From: Tubulanus polymorphus
Taxonomy: Eukaryota > Animalia > Nemertea
NCBI RefSeq assembly: GCF_964204645.1
Contig: NC_134029.1
Coordinates: forward strand, 22,252,950 to 22,316,949
Reading direction: 5' to 3'
Length of the DNA stretch: 64,000 nucleotides
Below, one piece after another: positions 1 through 14,700 of the stretch; positions within the stretch are counted from its first letter, which is position 1, and each line of letters starts with the position of its first letter. The position numbers and the translations under genes were made by a program. Below the pieces are notes generated by a model. The model made no database searches, was not told the DNA's origin, and was given only the letters and a program-made list of their open reading frames with translations.

Positions 1-200
1 GGACCGGCCCGGAATATCCAATTATATACTTCGATTTATACAAAATATATATCTACCTCGATTTCAAAATCAAACCCCCTGTTTCGCTACCGGTATGTGT
101 GGAAGGTTTGTAAAGGAAACTTTATCAAAACAAATCAAACGAAATCTACCAATCAAATAAATAACAGGGTCAATCCCTATTTCAAGATTTAAAAATACAA
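1..200 (+). repeat. Dispersed repeat family, copy A
   Basis: Core cgatttcaaaatcaaacccc.tg.ttc.gct.ccgg...accaatcaaat...agggtca.tccc.attt.aagat is shared with 5715-5930 (-) and 54138-54280 (+). Confidence 0.75.
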
Positions 201-3200
201 CAATGTAAAAAAATTTTTTTCAAAAGGCAATTCTTGAAAAATTGGATTTTAAATGTGAAGATATTTTGCAATATTTTGAAGAAAAACCTTAATATCAGCG
301 GTTTATTTCATTCATACAGGGCGAAACCTGAAAAGTAGTTCTCTTTCGAAGTGTATTCTGATTTCTACGGTTGTTTCGGATATTTTCGTGTCGTATTTCC
401 CTGTCGACCCAGCGGCGATTGCCATATATTTAGTGGCGAGCGCGACTGGAATTGTGAGTCATGGCGTGCTATCTGTGAATTGGCTTCATCAGCTAAAACC
501 AGATACGCGGTCATATTTTCTAAGAATTGTATTACCGGCAGGTGTTTTTCAGATCATCCCTATACACGACAGTTCGGACAGTTGAGACGAGCAGCTCCGG
601 GCGAAAACGTTAAAAATCCGTACAACAAACAACAAATATCTTTAAAATCGCTTTGAACGCACACAGCCCAGCCATCAGTTGAGTGGCTTTGCGCTATTAC
701 ATACGAAATTTCTGAGTGCTTTTCTGATATATTTCTGCATTTGATAACTGATATTTTGAGAGCCTTTTATCGAAACTTCGTTACGTATGTTACCTATACG
801 CAATGCGGAAACACCGCCCTGTAAATCCCGTCGATATTTCTCGGACCTCGCAAAAAAACCGCCTGATTGAAGATACAATAAAAATGTATCTGGAGTAATT
901 TGCAGTTTACGGTCTAGTGAATCGGCAGCGATCAAATTGGTTTACTGTAAAAGTGCTTTCCGTTACATTACATCCATGCGTCGGGAACCGCATATACAAA
1001 TTTAATTTCATACGTATCGATATGCGGTGTAAATGGTACATGAAAGTGGATTTTCGGCAAATCAAGCGTCGTTATTTGCGAGTCGATGATACACAGCGCT
1101 AATTTCCGTACCCATCGGCAAAAAATCCATGTAACATAACGTGTCCCGTTTTTATTAAATTTACGTAGAATCTACTTAGCGTAAAATCACCATGTTGCAT
1201 ATATATACAGCACATTCTAGTTATTATATATATTGGGGTTTTTTTCATCTGTAAATTACTTTTCTGATTTTTTTGTCATTAATGTTTTATTCAGAATATC
1301 ACAGATCAACGTTCGTTGAAGGCAATATCGGTGACATAATTTTGTTACCCGATATGTTTTTCATATCGGTGTCTCTCAGCAGTAGAAATAGTTGGACGAT
1401 ATAGAAAACTAAATTGTGCAACGAGAAAAAAACCAAAAAGTTCAATGTGCTGACCAGACCGCGGCTAGGAAAATATATAACCCAAGTTGACTCAAGTCTA
1501 GACAAGTATTGCGTGCTCAGAGGTCGAAAGATTGCTTGGATCCATTTAGAGCAATACTTCACTCGAAGATTCTGGCAACAAATCATGTAATACCAACACG
1601 ATAACCATATACGTAATTCTGTTAGCCGGAACACTGTTGTAGCTGATCGTGCTGGCAACTTATTTGTCTAAAAGCAAAGTATTTTCGGCTTTCGCTTCGA
1701 GTATGGATACAGAGTCCTTTTGAAGTTAAGGCGTATCGTCAGGAGTTTGTATATCGTTAACAGGGATTAATATTGCAATCAGTACTGACAGCCTTTAGGT
1801 ATTGTTCTAATGGCTTTTGACAGGTGTTCCTGACTTGTATCTTCTTGGTGTCATCTACCTATTATCCTAATACGTCTTCCTGTGGCCCAACCCTACAGCT
1901 TTGTAAACAAGCTTGTTGTTTTTCTAGTTAAGTCGTGACACCCGACGCCCTGATGCGGCGTGAAATAGAATAAATTATATTCTCAGATTCCAGCGTACAT
2001 TAGATTAGAATAGTCCCGAATCACAGAGGCGCGTCTGCGGCATAATTGTGCGATGTATATGTTCATACCTACTTTCATTTCCTTCAACACGCCACCGATA
2101 TCATCATCGCCACGAACCAGATGAGAACTGCTCCACGAACGATTCTTGCTTCAGGCGACGGTTCTGCGATCTTATGATATTTTTCGTTACATTTGCTTCG
2201 CTTCCGATGATCAATTGATAATGGGAATAGCCGGCAATTTCATCGTTTCGAAATGACATATTACACGATATCAAAAACCACATCAAACCTCGAATTACAA
2301 ATAAATCACGCTTGAGATATTGGATCATTTCTGACGTCACGTCATCTGATTGGGTACCGTTCGTTAATACTTTTTCCAGACAACCCAATACATCGAAGCT
2401 GTCAACGATTCCTGCGCCAGAATTACTCGTCGCAGATTGTGCCGACTCCCATAAACTAACACAAACGTCGTCGTACGACTGACGTTCTCAATTTTTCCGA
2501 ATTGACACTTGTAGGTTTTGAGGTAGGAAGTTGGCCAATAACGCCGTCTGATGGAATTCCCTCACGAGCCTAATTTGGAGTTGCAGGAACACGGTTCCTT
2601 CCAAAATAAATCGGATGTTGGTACTTATTGATAGACACATTAACACGCATCCGCGCTGAATGCGGTGACATACAGTAAGCAGGTGTGACGTCATATCCTT
2701 CCGATTCGTTACTTCCGCTTTGCCCGACTGGGAATTGGGATTAAGGGTGTCTGCACTCCCCTTCACTATAACCTCATATTGTCAGACGGCTGTTGAAGAA
2801 TCATTGCTTATCTTTATTTGCTTATGATACCTGTTTTGGTTCCTACTGAATGGTTTCGCACTGTCATGCCATATGTCACTCGATATATCATCGATTACGA
2901 AAAACAACTTACATTGTTCAGAAATAATGGTGAGTACGAATATGTGAAGCTTAAGCGTCGTAGTTCTGCAGATGGTATATGCAGAGATCCTTTTTAAAAA
3001 GTGCGAATGAATGAAAACTACTGACGTCATGCATTTCCTGTCGCCGTGATGTGTTTGCTTTTCTGGCAGGTTGTCACTCGGCCAGATCAAACATTGGACG
3101 GCAAAAATTGCGACGCAGAACGACTAAATCACGCTTTTATAGCGAATATAAACTTATAAGAAACAGTCGTACACGATGGTGCTCCAGCGCTGGAATTGTT

Positions 3201-5714
3201 TATGAACAGCCGTAAATATACAGTAATACACCCGTGGGTGCACTTTTACATTACTATGAGGTGCGACTAGCTACCATTTTGACGGTTGAGTTTGAATCGT
3301 TTAGTATTGGGCTGCTGTGACGTTTATTTAATGTAAATCGGATCTGCGACGTAGATTTAAAAGGAAATCTCCAAAAGCGAATGGGTAAAGCGATTCAATT
3401 CCCTCGTTGAATGCTAGTGCAGCTCTTTGAAGTTTTTATGTGTTGCGAAACAACGTTCTAAGAATTGCTTTTATTTATCGTAATGCAGCTGTTCTCTGCG
3501 ATTCGAAAATAAACCATAAATAACCTAAACGTATATTGTTATCCGAGATTTCCAATGGAAGGAAGTGAAATAATTTTCCAAAAACGCTATTTGAGAACAA
3601 CATCGGGTCTCCGATGAAGTGTTGGGGAATATTCCCTTCACCACTACTGAGATCATAGAGAAAGTGCACGATATTCCCGGGTAATGTCACGGATTCTGAT
3701 CAATTAGGAATCACAAGCAAGTTAGACTCGGATTCTGATTTACGTCATTGTCTGTTAATCGTGAGTGCCTCGGACATATTCAATTACTTACGACAATACA
3801 AGGCCAATACTGGAATTCAATTTTACAGTACTGGCCATAATTGACGCGTATAATGTCAAATTGTCAAACTATTCAATGATCTTACTCCCATAAGCCATAG
3901 TATATTGTCAAAGCGATATTCAGCATACTTTAGAAATTTTGAGGACCATATTTCTGACGGCACTTTTCACCACCTGTTAGTCTTAAAAAGCCTCTAAATG
4001 CCATGAAATAATCCTAGAATTTCAAGATTTTCCTAACCACCCCGCATTGCGCATTGGCACCAGATCTTGGCATTCCATATATGAGAAGCACTTATTTCAC
4101 TTATTGCCCAAAATTTTCGTCCGATACTGTGTAGCTTAAACCTTGGATCCGTGTCTGAACACTGCCTTCGTTTATGTGGGGTGTATATTTAAACTAAACA
4201 CAAGAATTCGTAAACTGGTGCCAAAACTCAACAACGGAATAATTATTCTTGCCGATTTTAATCACACCGGAAAGAGAAACGCGAAGGAACGTAATCCGTT
4301 TATTTTACATTCATAGAAACAGCATCTCGGCGATTAGATGACGGAGCAGTTCGGATGAATCTCGTATTTCATCGATCTGTCGCAAAAGGTGCATTAAAAC
4401 GCAGTATATGTATTGACGGTGCACTCGTGTAAATAAACACAGGTAAATTGGATAACTGAACATGTACGAACAGCTTTATCGATCCGCTGTTCACTGAATC
4501 GAAAATAAAAAAGATAAGCGAAAGCAAGGTTCGAGTATTTATTTGATATGTAACTAATGGTCGGTGAATGGAAGCGACTACTGAGCACAGCTTTGCTTTA
4601 TGTGTATCGAGAAATGTTTGCCCGCCAGTTCAGACAAATGCCTGTAATTTGTTAATGATGGACAAATCAAATTTTCGAGCCAGTCAAAGCACGTAATCGG
4701 TAGAACAGACGCGAACCCCGCGGGCGTGCTCCGGCTCTTTACCACTTGTCAAACGATTCGATACAAAGCATTCGAGGAGGAATGACGGTGAAATTTCATT
4801 TTGAATATCTCACAGCTATAAAACAGTTAGCTCTTTTCACGCGCGTTTGGTTTCGTGAGAAAATTAGGTTTCGTCGAATGGCGTTGTGGTTAGTTGAGAC
4901 GAGGCAGCCAGAGAGTGAGGGTTTTAGATGCGCACCCTGTTTAATACTTCGATGTCGTTAGTTCATTGTCTTATCTTTAGACATCGATATGATTTTCAGC
5001 TCGTTAAGCATAAGACATATCAATAGAAACCGCATGTTTCAATTATATTGGAACTGACGTCCACCGGAGCGAATCATCGATACATTTTCCAACGTACGTC
5101 GACAGAAATATGAACCTATCCGTACAACCTCATGAGATCTCAGAAATTTCGTTTGCTCAAAATCAAATCTCGTGAAGCGCAATTCCCCGAAGAACGACGC
5201 ATCCCGAACGAAGTGAGTGGAGGTTATTTTTGTCAGTTCTACACACGAAACGAACGAACGAGCCTAAACGTTAGAAAAAAATCGTTGAAAAATATCTCCC
5301 AAAGCTCATTAAGCAAAAGACGAAAATGCATTCGAGTTTTACCGCGTGGGAAATCTGCTCGACTCGACAAGACAATGATTGAACCATGTCGATCATTATA
5401 GATCACAGAAACAACGAACATCTATTTCGTTCGAAGGCAAATTCGTGACTTTCATTCGATGTAAAAATTCCAATAGAAGTTTATAGCCATTAGCGAATTA
5501 AAGTGCACGACCTGCACTGACTATTCAATTTTCAATTCAATTCAATTTATTTCAATTTCTTCATCGTGCCGTCTTATGCAATATGATATGGACAGCAATA
5601 ACGAGAACAAAATAAAATGCGACCAGTAAAATAAAAATAGTCAGTACATACAGATACAAATACACACAAAATAAACATCACCAACACAGAGAAAAAACAA
5701 AAGATTTTTATTTT

Positions 5715-5930
5715 TTTCATCTTAAAATATGGAATTTCCCTGTTATTTATTTGGCTGGTAAATTTCGTTTGATTTTTCGATTGAGTGTCCCATACAGACC
5801 CACGACACCTGCCGGGAGCGAAACAGGGGGTTTGATTTTGAAATCGGAAATCGAAGTACAAATATAGTTGGGTGATCGGCGGTCGAGTTAACAGAATTTT
5901 TTTTTTTTTTTTTTTAAATCGAAGTACAAG
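5715..5930 (-). repeat. Dispersed repeat family, copy B
   Basis: Reverse complement of the core at 1-200: ccgggagcgaaacagggggtttgattttgaaatcg...aaatcgaagtaca. Confidence 0.75.
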
Positions 5931-8900
5931 ATTTTAACAGAGAAGAATTATGAAAAACATGAACGACAGAAATCGAACGTTTGTACGTTGAAAATAGATA
6001 CCCCCTGAAGTGAAACTTTGCTCTATCGATTCGTCTCGAATCGTCGGGATTTTGATAATCAGGGTAACAGTGATTATAAATCCCTTAGCGTTTGATCGAC
6101 TAGTACATATTGCATCACCCGGGGGTTTATGGAGGTATAAATTGCGCTGATGATTGTAACAGTAATGGAAATCTATGAAATATTTATGTTAAATATCCGG
6201 AGCCTTGATCTACCAAGACGCTACACAACAATATCGATGGTTTACTCTATATCCGTAGTCGTATAAGCAATTTCTTTGTGTTAATTATCCGAAGACCACT
6301 GTATACGCGACATCTGGATTTCTCAATGATTATCTCATGATATAATCACAATATCGGTCGAAGAATATGATATCTATGTGAGAAAGAAAAAACAGTCGCA
6401 GTGCGCGCGCTACAGCGCCGTCAGTTACGCGGCAAATAGAATAAAATCACAGATGCGTGTTTGAATTCGTGCTAATTATGTGTTACTTTCACAGGTTCTT
6501 TACCAATCAATCGATCGAGCTTCGTTGAAATCGAACGCTAATATAATTTAATCCTCTTTGCTTTAATCAGCCGCGAAAGTAGTCGTTAAGGCAAACATTT
6601 GTATAAGGTACCACTTGTAAAGCGTCGAGGATATTAATGCTTTTGATATTGATAAATGTACCAGAGTAAATATTTCAATGGAGAATGACGATGTCTATCG
6701 GCTTCCTGTGTCAACAAACACCTTTTTCAACTAAATTATTAATCGGTTGATTCAGTATCGGATGGTTTTAAAACAGACTAGAAATACGAGCGGCTCTCCG
6801 CAAACTGCGAAGCGCTGAAAATGCATCCGCCCTTGCTAGCCGTTGAATACTCTTTCGACGTCGACGAATGAATTATATTTGCAAGCTTTGAAATACGGTC
6901 GGGTATTCTGCGCGGGATTTTGACAATTCGTCCGGAAAAAAATTAGCAACATAACCGATTACAGCGATGAATAGACGTATGAAATGGCCTTGATCGGTGA
7001 TGGTTCAATTTATCCTGAAACATTTACTACAAACTATACATCGCTCCGAACGCAAATATATTCAGTCGATATGTACTCATTAGACGAAGCAATGCGTTCA
7101 GTAGTTTTTTGCCTACGCCGTACGCAATCTCATCAATCAACTATTGTGTCAATGTTAGCTAGATCGCGTGTCCACCCGCCTATACGGCTGGTGTCTGGTC
7201 GTTTTAGCTAAATTACCACTAGCTCAGTCTTATCACTGTCTTATCATCGCACACGTGAAAAGAACCGCCGTCCTTTGTGAACAGGTCTTCGACCGCGTCG
7301 GAGGGAGAGACGACGAAATATCGACTTTCGGCCGATTTTAAAAATTAATGGGAGAAGCTGGTTTTGCGTCGCATCACGGGTTTCGAGTGGTCATCGTTGC
7401 TTTGTGCAAATTACTCTTACACGAGCATATTCGTGGCTCCTCTTATTGGCTTCCGATACGGGTAACTCTCACGGCAAATAGTGTTTGTTGTCTATTATCG
7501 AAAAAAGATATTGGCAAATTGACTAACAATGCCAATTCCGTTCCGGAGCGCATTGAAAAGAAGTGAAACAAACGCAGCGACCCCAAAGGATTCTCACCGA
7601 TGACGATGTTAGACATGCGAAACTTGTTCTTTTAATCTAAAAGCTGAAAATGCTATTCCATAGATTTTTGTTCTCTTTTTTAACACATCTCTCCAATGTG
7701 GTATGACAAAATAAGCGTCGAAATAATCCCATCGAGAAATGATCTGATTATCAGACATAACTAAACAGACAGCGATAGAGAGGGAGGGATGGCCTATTTC
7801 ATAATTCCCGTCAGAGAAATGTTATTTATCAAATCATCAACTCCAGGTAGAATAAGAGCTCAATCTATATGTCTGTATACGATGAATTTAACGATGTCAA
7901 GTATATTACATTATACAAGTCAGCGAAGAACGTCTATAATGTCGATGGACAATGGTTGCATGTCAGTTTAACTAGAAGCGATGTCGGCCTGAGTAACGTC
8001 GGTCAATAACTACGCCTTCATCAATATACGAACGTTATTAATATGCGGGATACAAGTTTAACAGAATTTGATTTCTGAACGACGAACTGGCAATTCCGGC
8101 CGCTTGTTTAGAAATGTAACGATTATCATTTTGGATTCTTGGCCTGAGTTCAGATGTGTGGTTTCCCCGTTGAGTATGCAGATATGTAATAAGATATGTA
8201 ACTAATTCGTTGCAGTACCGAAACACGAGCACAATAGAACTTTTAGAACTTCTAGAAGAACTTTATGTACTGCACCGTTAGTGGTCAGATTGACACTCGA
8301 GTCATTACTGATGGCTACCGCACTCACCACCAAATCTCTTAAACTCACATTCATCGAATTCCTCTCGGCCTTTCTCGATAAAACTCACTAGACAGCGATC
8401 GCAGCGGAAACGAGTGCTCGGACGGGTATGACATGGTCCATTAGTCCGACCGATTTATTTTCCTCGATATAACGCTAACCACGTGAGTGATGATAATGGC
8501 GCAGGAAGCTTTGTCACTTAACGCTTGTTCAGGAGCATTCGACGACCGCGTCAGAATCTTAAGATCTTCGTATGGCGTCTGCAAACAAACTCTTAACGAA
8601 CACGATATTGCGAATAACTTCCTTGTTTTTAACGAGACAAAAAAACTTATAACCGCACTTTTTTATACACTGTCTGATATATCATTTCCCGATGAACTTA
8701 ATTAATTTATCAGTAATCGCACCTCGATATTTTGAACTAGTGATTTAGTCGGAGAGATTTGGCGGTATCAATTTGAAGGATCATCTTCGGCAATTAATAT
8801 AACCGTGGCTTGGATAGACATTTCTAGAATATGCAACCTGACCCGACAGACGTTCATTCATTGCGATCGCGTATCATTTTCTCATTAAAACCTGGCTTAT

Positions 8901-9088
8901 TTTCGAAGGTACGTCTATTTCATTAGATACAATTTAGCTACTATGAACTATCAAGCCGCAATATTGAATTCATTGAATACATGTAATGTACAAATATATA
9001 TAAACGTATGTGTAAAATTGATTCAGCGTCTAAACCTGGACATGTTTGATCTTTGATCTTACTGATTACAACATCATAGAAATTACAA

Positions 9089-9461
<373 letters not shown>

Positions 9462-11797
9462 TTCACATAATGTTATCATTTGCAGCGATCTACTAAATTC
9501 GTAACAGCTTTTCCGCGAGATATATTCTCAATCTGGAAAACTTCTATTGCGTTGACTTCACGAACAGATTTTTTGAATGATTAAAATAAATGATAGAAAT
9601 ATATCCCCCATCATATAGAGTAGTATTGTTAAGCTGGTTGAGTCGTGTATAGTGCATCGATTTCTATCATAGGATTTTACAGTGTACATAAAAATAAATT
9701 AGAAATTGACGACAGAAATATTGTTTATCGATGTGTATGTCGTTTCTGATCGACTTTAAAGCTTCGTTTTTCAAACGTCGATGGTTATGTGGGTGTAATA
9801 CAGAAAACACTGTTTGAAATGCGCCCAATTGCCATTGGGAATTTACCAATTACGTGTTGTTTTTTAACCACGTACCTGGTACGCTCGGATTTCTGTCCAT
9901 TTTCGTCGCCGTTATGATTAATCAGGGCGATGGCATCTAGGGTTCCGGAAAATAAATTCCCGCTATTTTTATATCAACTTGCATAACCATATCTCCATGG
10001 TTCCCGTGGCCTTCACCTCGGTAATAAAACAACAAAAACCGCGCTTTACCTTTGATAGCAAAATACATTATTGTGGTTTTCAATAAAGATGTTGAAGTAA
10101 TGTAAAAATGTCGTGGAAACATTGATTTTTTCGTTAGGCTCAAATTAGCCTTTCAGGCAAAAACATTTATGGTGCTGTAAGATACATCGTCTTCGATTTC
10201 GATTATAGATGTAAAATGTGTACAAGCAGCGACGTAGATACGGTTTCGGATATCATCACGAATAACGAGCATAAAATGTTGTTCTATCATTATCGTTTTT
10301 AAATCATCTGCGAAACCAATTTGGAATTTTCTTGATTAAATCTTATCTATATAAACGAACGACATAGAGATGTCTGGCGCTCGCTGGTATGTGTGTTCGT
10401 TAGGCCGTAAACAAAGTGATTTCATTTTGACAGCTTCGTGACAGAACCTAGGCCATAAATCAAAAATACACCCATTTGACAAGTTCGTATGTCTGTACAT
10501 TAATTATATCTATGCAGATCATTTTGATAACAGGATAATAATGAGAATCCTTTTTGCATTCAATATGATTTAGAAAGAATTATCAAATAACGGCCACGAT
10601 TGTATTTAGTCGTTCGTATATCGTATTGAAAATAGAAATAGGCATATCTGATTCATGTTCGCGATTTGCTCGTAGCGGCGCCTTTTCTCGACATTTTTTT
10701 CTTCCTATAAAGACATTCATTTAGGCGCAACTTTCAACTGGTGAGCATCGTTTGAAATGCTGATCGAACGAGTGCTTATATGAAACATTATATCCAGCAC
10801 GGCTCGAGGCAGTACTAATTCATTTCAAAGTAAACTCACGCACTTACCGTTGTGTACAAATATAGACTCATATGATAGAGACATAGGCTGTTTATTAAAA
10901 ATTTATTGATAAATCGATGCTTTAATGTTATATGTAATAATAACAGTTGTTTTATGTGTTTTCCCCCTATATTTCTATAATACGTATCTATCATTGTCTG
11001 AATGGTTATTGCACAGTAGGGCGTGCATTAATATTAGCTTTTCGAGCAAGCTTTAGAACGGTGATTATTATCCGAAGTCGATAATTCATAGAAGACATTT
11101 TTACATTGTGTGGACGCAAAGGGCTGGTGGCTTATTCGAAGGGCCATAACATAAAGTTCATGATATGCAAAGAAGGCGTTACAATGCCAAAGCGCCAAAA
11201 CAAGGAGTCTTTTCTAAAAAAATCTGCTATGGCGTGATGAAACAAAGAATTTCTTGTTTTGGTGTCCACGCCGTACAAAATTTCTTTTGGATATTAGGAC
11301 TTTTATGTTTATGGTCCGAATGAGCCACAATACAAAGTGAAAATACATTAAATTATAGACATTAATAACATCTGGCGAAAGCTTTCCCGTTTACCAGGAT
11401 AGTCGATATATGTTTAGTATATATTTCTGATCAGCAAATCGTTGCCGCTGAATGGTTGCGTAATAACGAAGATGGAGAATATTCGGAAAAGGAATGGGAA
11501 AACCTGTCCATAGTTGCGCCATTTTCAGCAGGTAGCCGCGAAAATGTCGCCCTCACGTCGAAGATCGATCGCTCCGCGAGACGGTACGCGGCGGCGGCGG
11601 CGGCCAAACGATTCCTCTCCGCAGACGTCAATATCGCCGGCGCTAGCGCGAGCTGTTTTAGTCGATCGCCGTTCGCGATGGCGACGTTGTTGCTATTGCT
11701 TGATACTGTTACTGAAAGTTTTTGCTCGTTCATCACCAACCGCTGAAGCAAATTACATGGGATATTTACGTTGCACAAAGGCCGGATGGAGTGAAGT

Positions 11798-14700
11798 ATG
11801 GGGACCTGTACTTCTAATTTACTAATGGTGTGGACGAGTTTCATACTTATCGTGTCCGATAAAGTTTGCGTTTCGTTTATTGCATCTAATTCATCATCGT
11901 TTCGACGGCTACGCCTAACAGCGGCCGAAAGTGCTAGGAATGAAAGTGCTAGGAATTTAAACGAAACTAATTTCAACGGATCTTGGTTCGGCGGCCAATT
12001 CAAAGAGTTTCCCGATAACGAAAGAACTTCGTCGAATATTACCGATTCAAACGGGGATAGTTCAGGTAGAATTTCGAATAACGGTAGTTTCATCAGGGGC
12101 GCCGATCAAAAATTGGAAAAGTCATCCATTTATAGGAATAGCGGTACGGAAATTCGCGGTAAGAAAACAGTTGATATGGAAAACCAATCGCGTGTGGATA
12201 CGCCTCTAAATAATATGGATTTAACTCGTAGCATAGAAAATCGAAATGTTCCAAACACAACAAATCATCGTGAAATCGTTCGTCTTGGTAACGCAAGTGA
12301 GTTTTTCAATAGTGAATTTCCCGATCAAACTATGAATTATTCAAATTTATCTACGCCAAATTTTAAGGCGAACGACGAAAAACTAGAAAATCGAACTTTA
12401 CCGAATGAAAAATATAGGACGTTAAATATTACCACAGAAAGTATTAGTTCAGTGGATCAAATGAATCGATCTAGACGAAAAGATTTGGGTAAAAGTGAAT
12501 TTATAGAACATCTTAGTTATGATAGTGGTAATAATGTATCAGATTATAAACCGATGGTAGATTCGGAGACGAACAATTCTGAATCGACAAACAGCGTAAG
12601 AACTTCGAAAGAGAGCGATGAATTACCGTCGATCGATTCGACGACAGAAAATTCCACGTTTTTCGGCGCGAAAGACATCGAGCACGATGGAAATGGACGC
12701 CGGAGCGAACAACAATCTTTAATGAGTGATACAAACAAAACGGAAAGAACGAAGGAGAATTATGATATATTCAATGTAACATCAAATATGCACGTAATGC
12801 CTATAGAAAAGCCGCCACGTGAGGAGGAGCTTTTAGACAAAAAACGTCATTTATCGTCATTTTTACGCTTCGGATTGTTCGGGAAAAACGATACCCGGAA
12901 ACAAATGAAACATCGGATCAGTTATAATATAACGAATAACATTCCGTCATACCACACTCACGATAAAGAAATCTCGTCGTTAGCAGAAGGAAAGACCATT
13001 ATTTATATCGGGGGATTGTTTGAATTATCAGAAACATCATTTGCCGCAAATGGCCACTCGGAATTAGCCGCAGCGCAGATGGCCATTGATCACGTCAACT
13101 TAGCTGACTTCCTGCCTGGATATTATCTAAAAATGCTTTTTAATGACACTCAGGTAAGATTTGTTCGTGGTCTATCAACGTATAAGTCAAATCGAAGCAA
13201 ACAACAGGGTGTTAACAGGGGCGACCTCTAGTTAGACCATTTTGAGGTAAGGTCATCGGATCAAGATAGGGCCCAAGGTGTTGGATAGTATATACAGTAT
13301 GCCTAAATTTGTTAGACCAATCTCTGACTAATATTACCGAGCTTACATCCCAACTTGTGGTATAATCGTGTTATGATGTTGATATAACGGAGGACACCAA
13401 GGGTAATACATGTGTTGACGGTTGAATGACGGAAAATGAAAGATGAGCATTTAGCTGTTTATAGCTTTTATAGTTTTTGAGACAACGTAACGGCACTGTA
13501 GCATTAAGATGGGTAAAACTTGGGCAACACTGCCACTTGGTGGGTTGACTGACTGTGAAAAAGATCAATTGCTGAATCGACATCTAGAGTTCTTGAATAA
13601 TCATTGCCATTCTAACGACTTATATAGAAATAGAATGACATGAATCTTGTATTTGAAGCAAATCGACTTGTCGGAAGACATGTCTTTTAGAAGACACGCT
13701 TGTTTCATAATAGTCTAGTGGAATATGTTTCCCTTTGCATGACAATTTTCACTGAATCGATTACATCTGTGACTGTGTATAAAAAATGCGATTCAAAGTT
13801 TCTGAATGAACACGGTTTCGAGTTACAAATTATGTTTTAACTAATTATCCAAATCTAAATATCGTTCAAAATATAGAATTGTTACACGTGGCGCATAGTC
13901 GAATTTCCAATACACCAATATCTTTATCGGTTCACAATTTCATCGTTAATTTACCAGAATTCAGTGAGTTATGCATTGTTTGGTCAACTACAATGGGAAC
14001 CATACCGGTTGCATGCTTGTTTATCGAAACTTTCAGTTCAAAATCGAATATTTCATTGAATAAATCAGCAACACGACAACAGGCCGTTTATTAATTACTA
14101 AAGAATTTGCGTCGCGTTAACGGCTCGTGAAAAGAATTCGCCGTTAGCCGGGGAAACAATTAATAACCGTCGTATTAATTGAATATGAAGCCAGGTTTAC
14201 TGATTATTAAGTTAATCATTATTGACTGCGGCAGCGTGGGTGAAATGATTGCGAATGTCTCACGTACATAAGGCACAGGACCAAACGCAATCAAATATAC
14301 ATTAGATTATGTACAAAGCTCGGCGTGATTGGTTCTGCAAGACGCTTATTGTTCTATGATATAAAGCATCGATAGTGGTCGCATATATACTATCCCGACT
14401 AGACACTATCACGGCAAAGCGATACGAAATGAGCTGGATAGGTTGATTCCTGTCAACATCAAACGCCGCGTTCGCTTCATCCGCAAATCTCGCCGTAAAC
14501 ATCAGGGAATATTATCGAAGGTCATCGCTTATATTTCAAGTCACGTGATAACAGAGATGCGTCTGATTGGCTAGAAGTTGACGGCGACAACGCTGACAGA
14601 AGAAAGGACACAATTTTCTCTGGAGAGATGTTCACCTGCAAAAATGTTTGGTAGACCATGTTTGATGAGCTATCATTCGCAGTGCAATAGTTTTAGCAGC

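Noticed and set aside
5848-5929. 14-bp direct repeat aaatcgaagtacaa flanking a poly-T insert as a retroposon TSD
   Set aside because: The T-run is on the wrong side for a poly(A) tail, and the enclosed sequence resembles the reverse complement of bases 1-37, so it is part of the dispersed repeat.
11456-11746. 96-aa ORF in frame with the receptor as an N-terminal extension
   Set aside because: Starts at TTG and is separated from the ATG at 11798 by two in-frame TGA stops (11744, 11792).
11431-12093. 220-aa minus-strand ORF
   Set aside because: Antisense shadow of the GC-rich leader and receptor exon 1; no recognisable domain.
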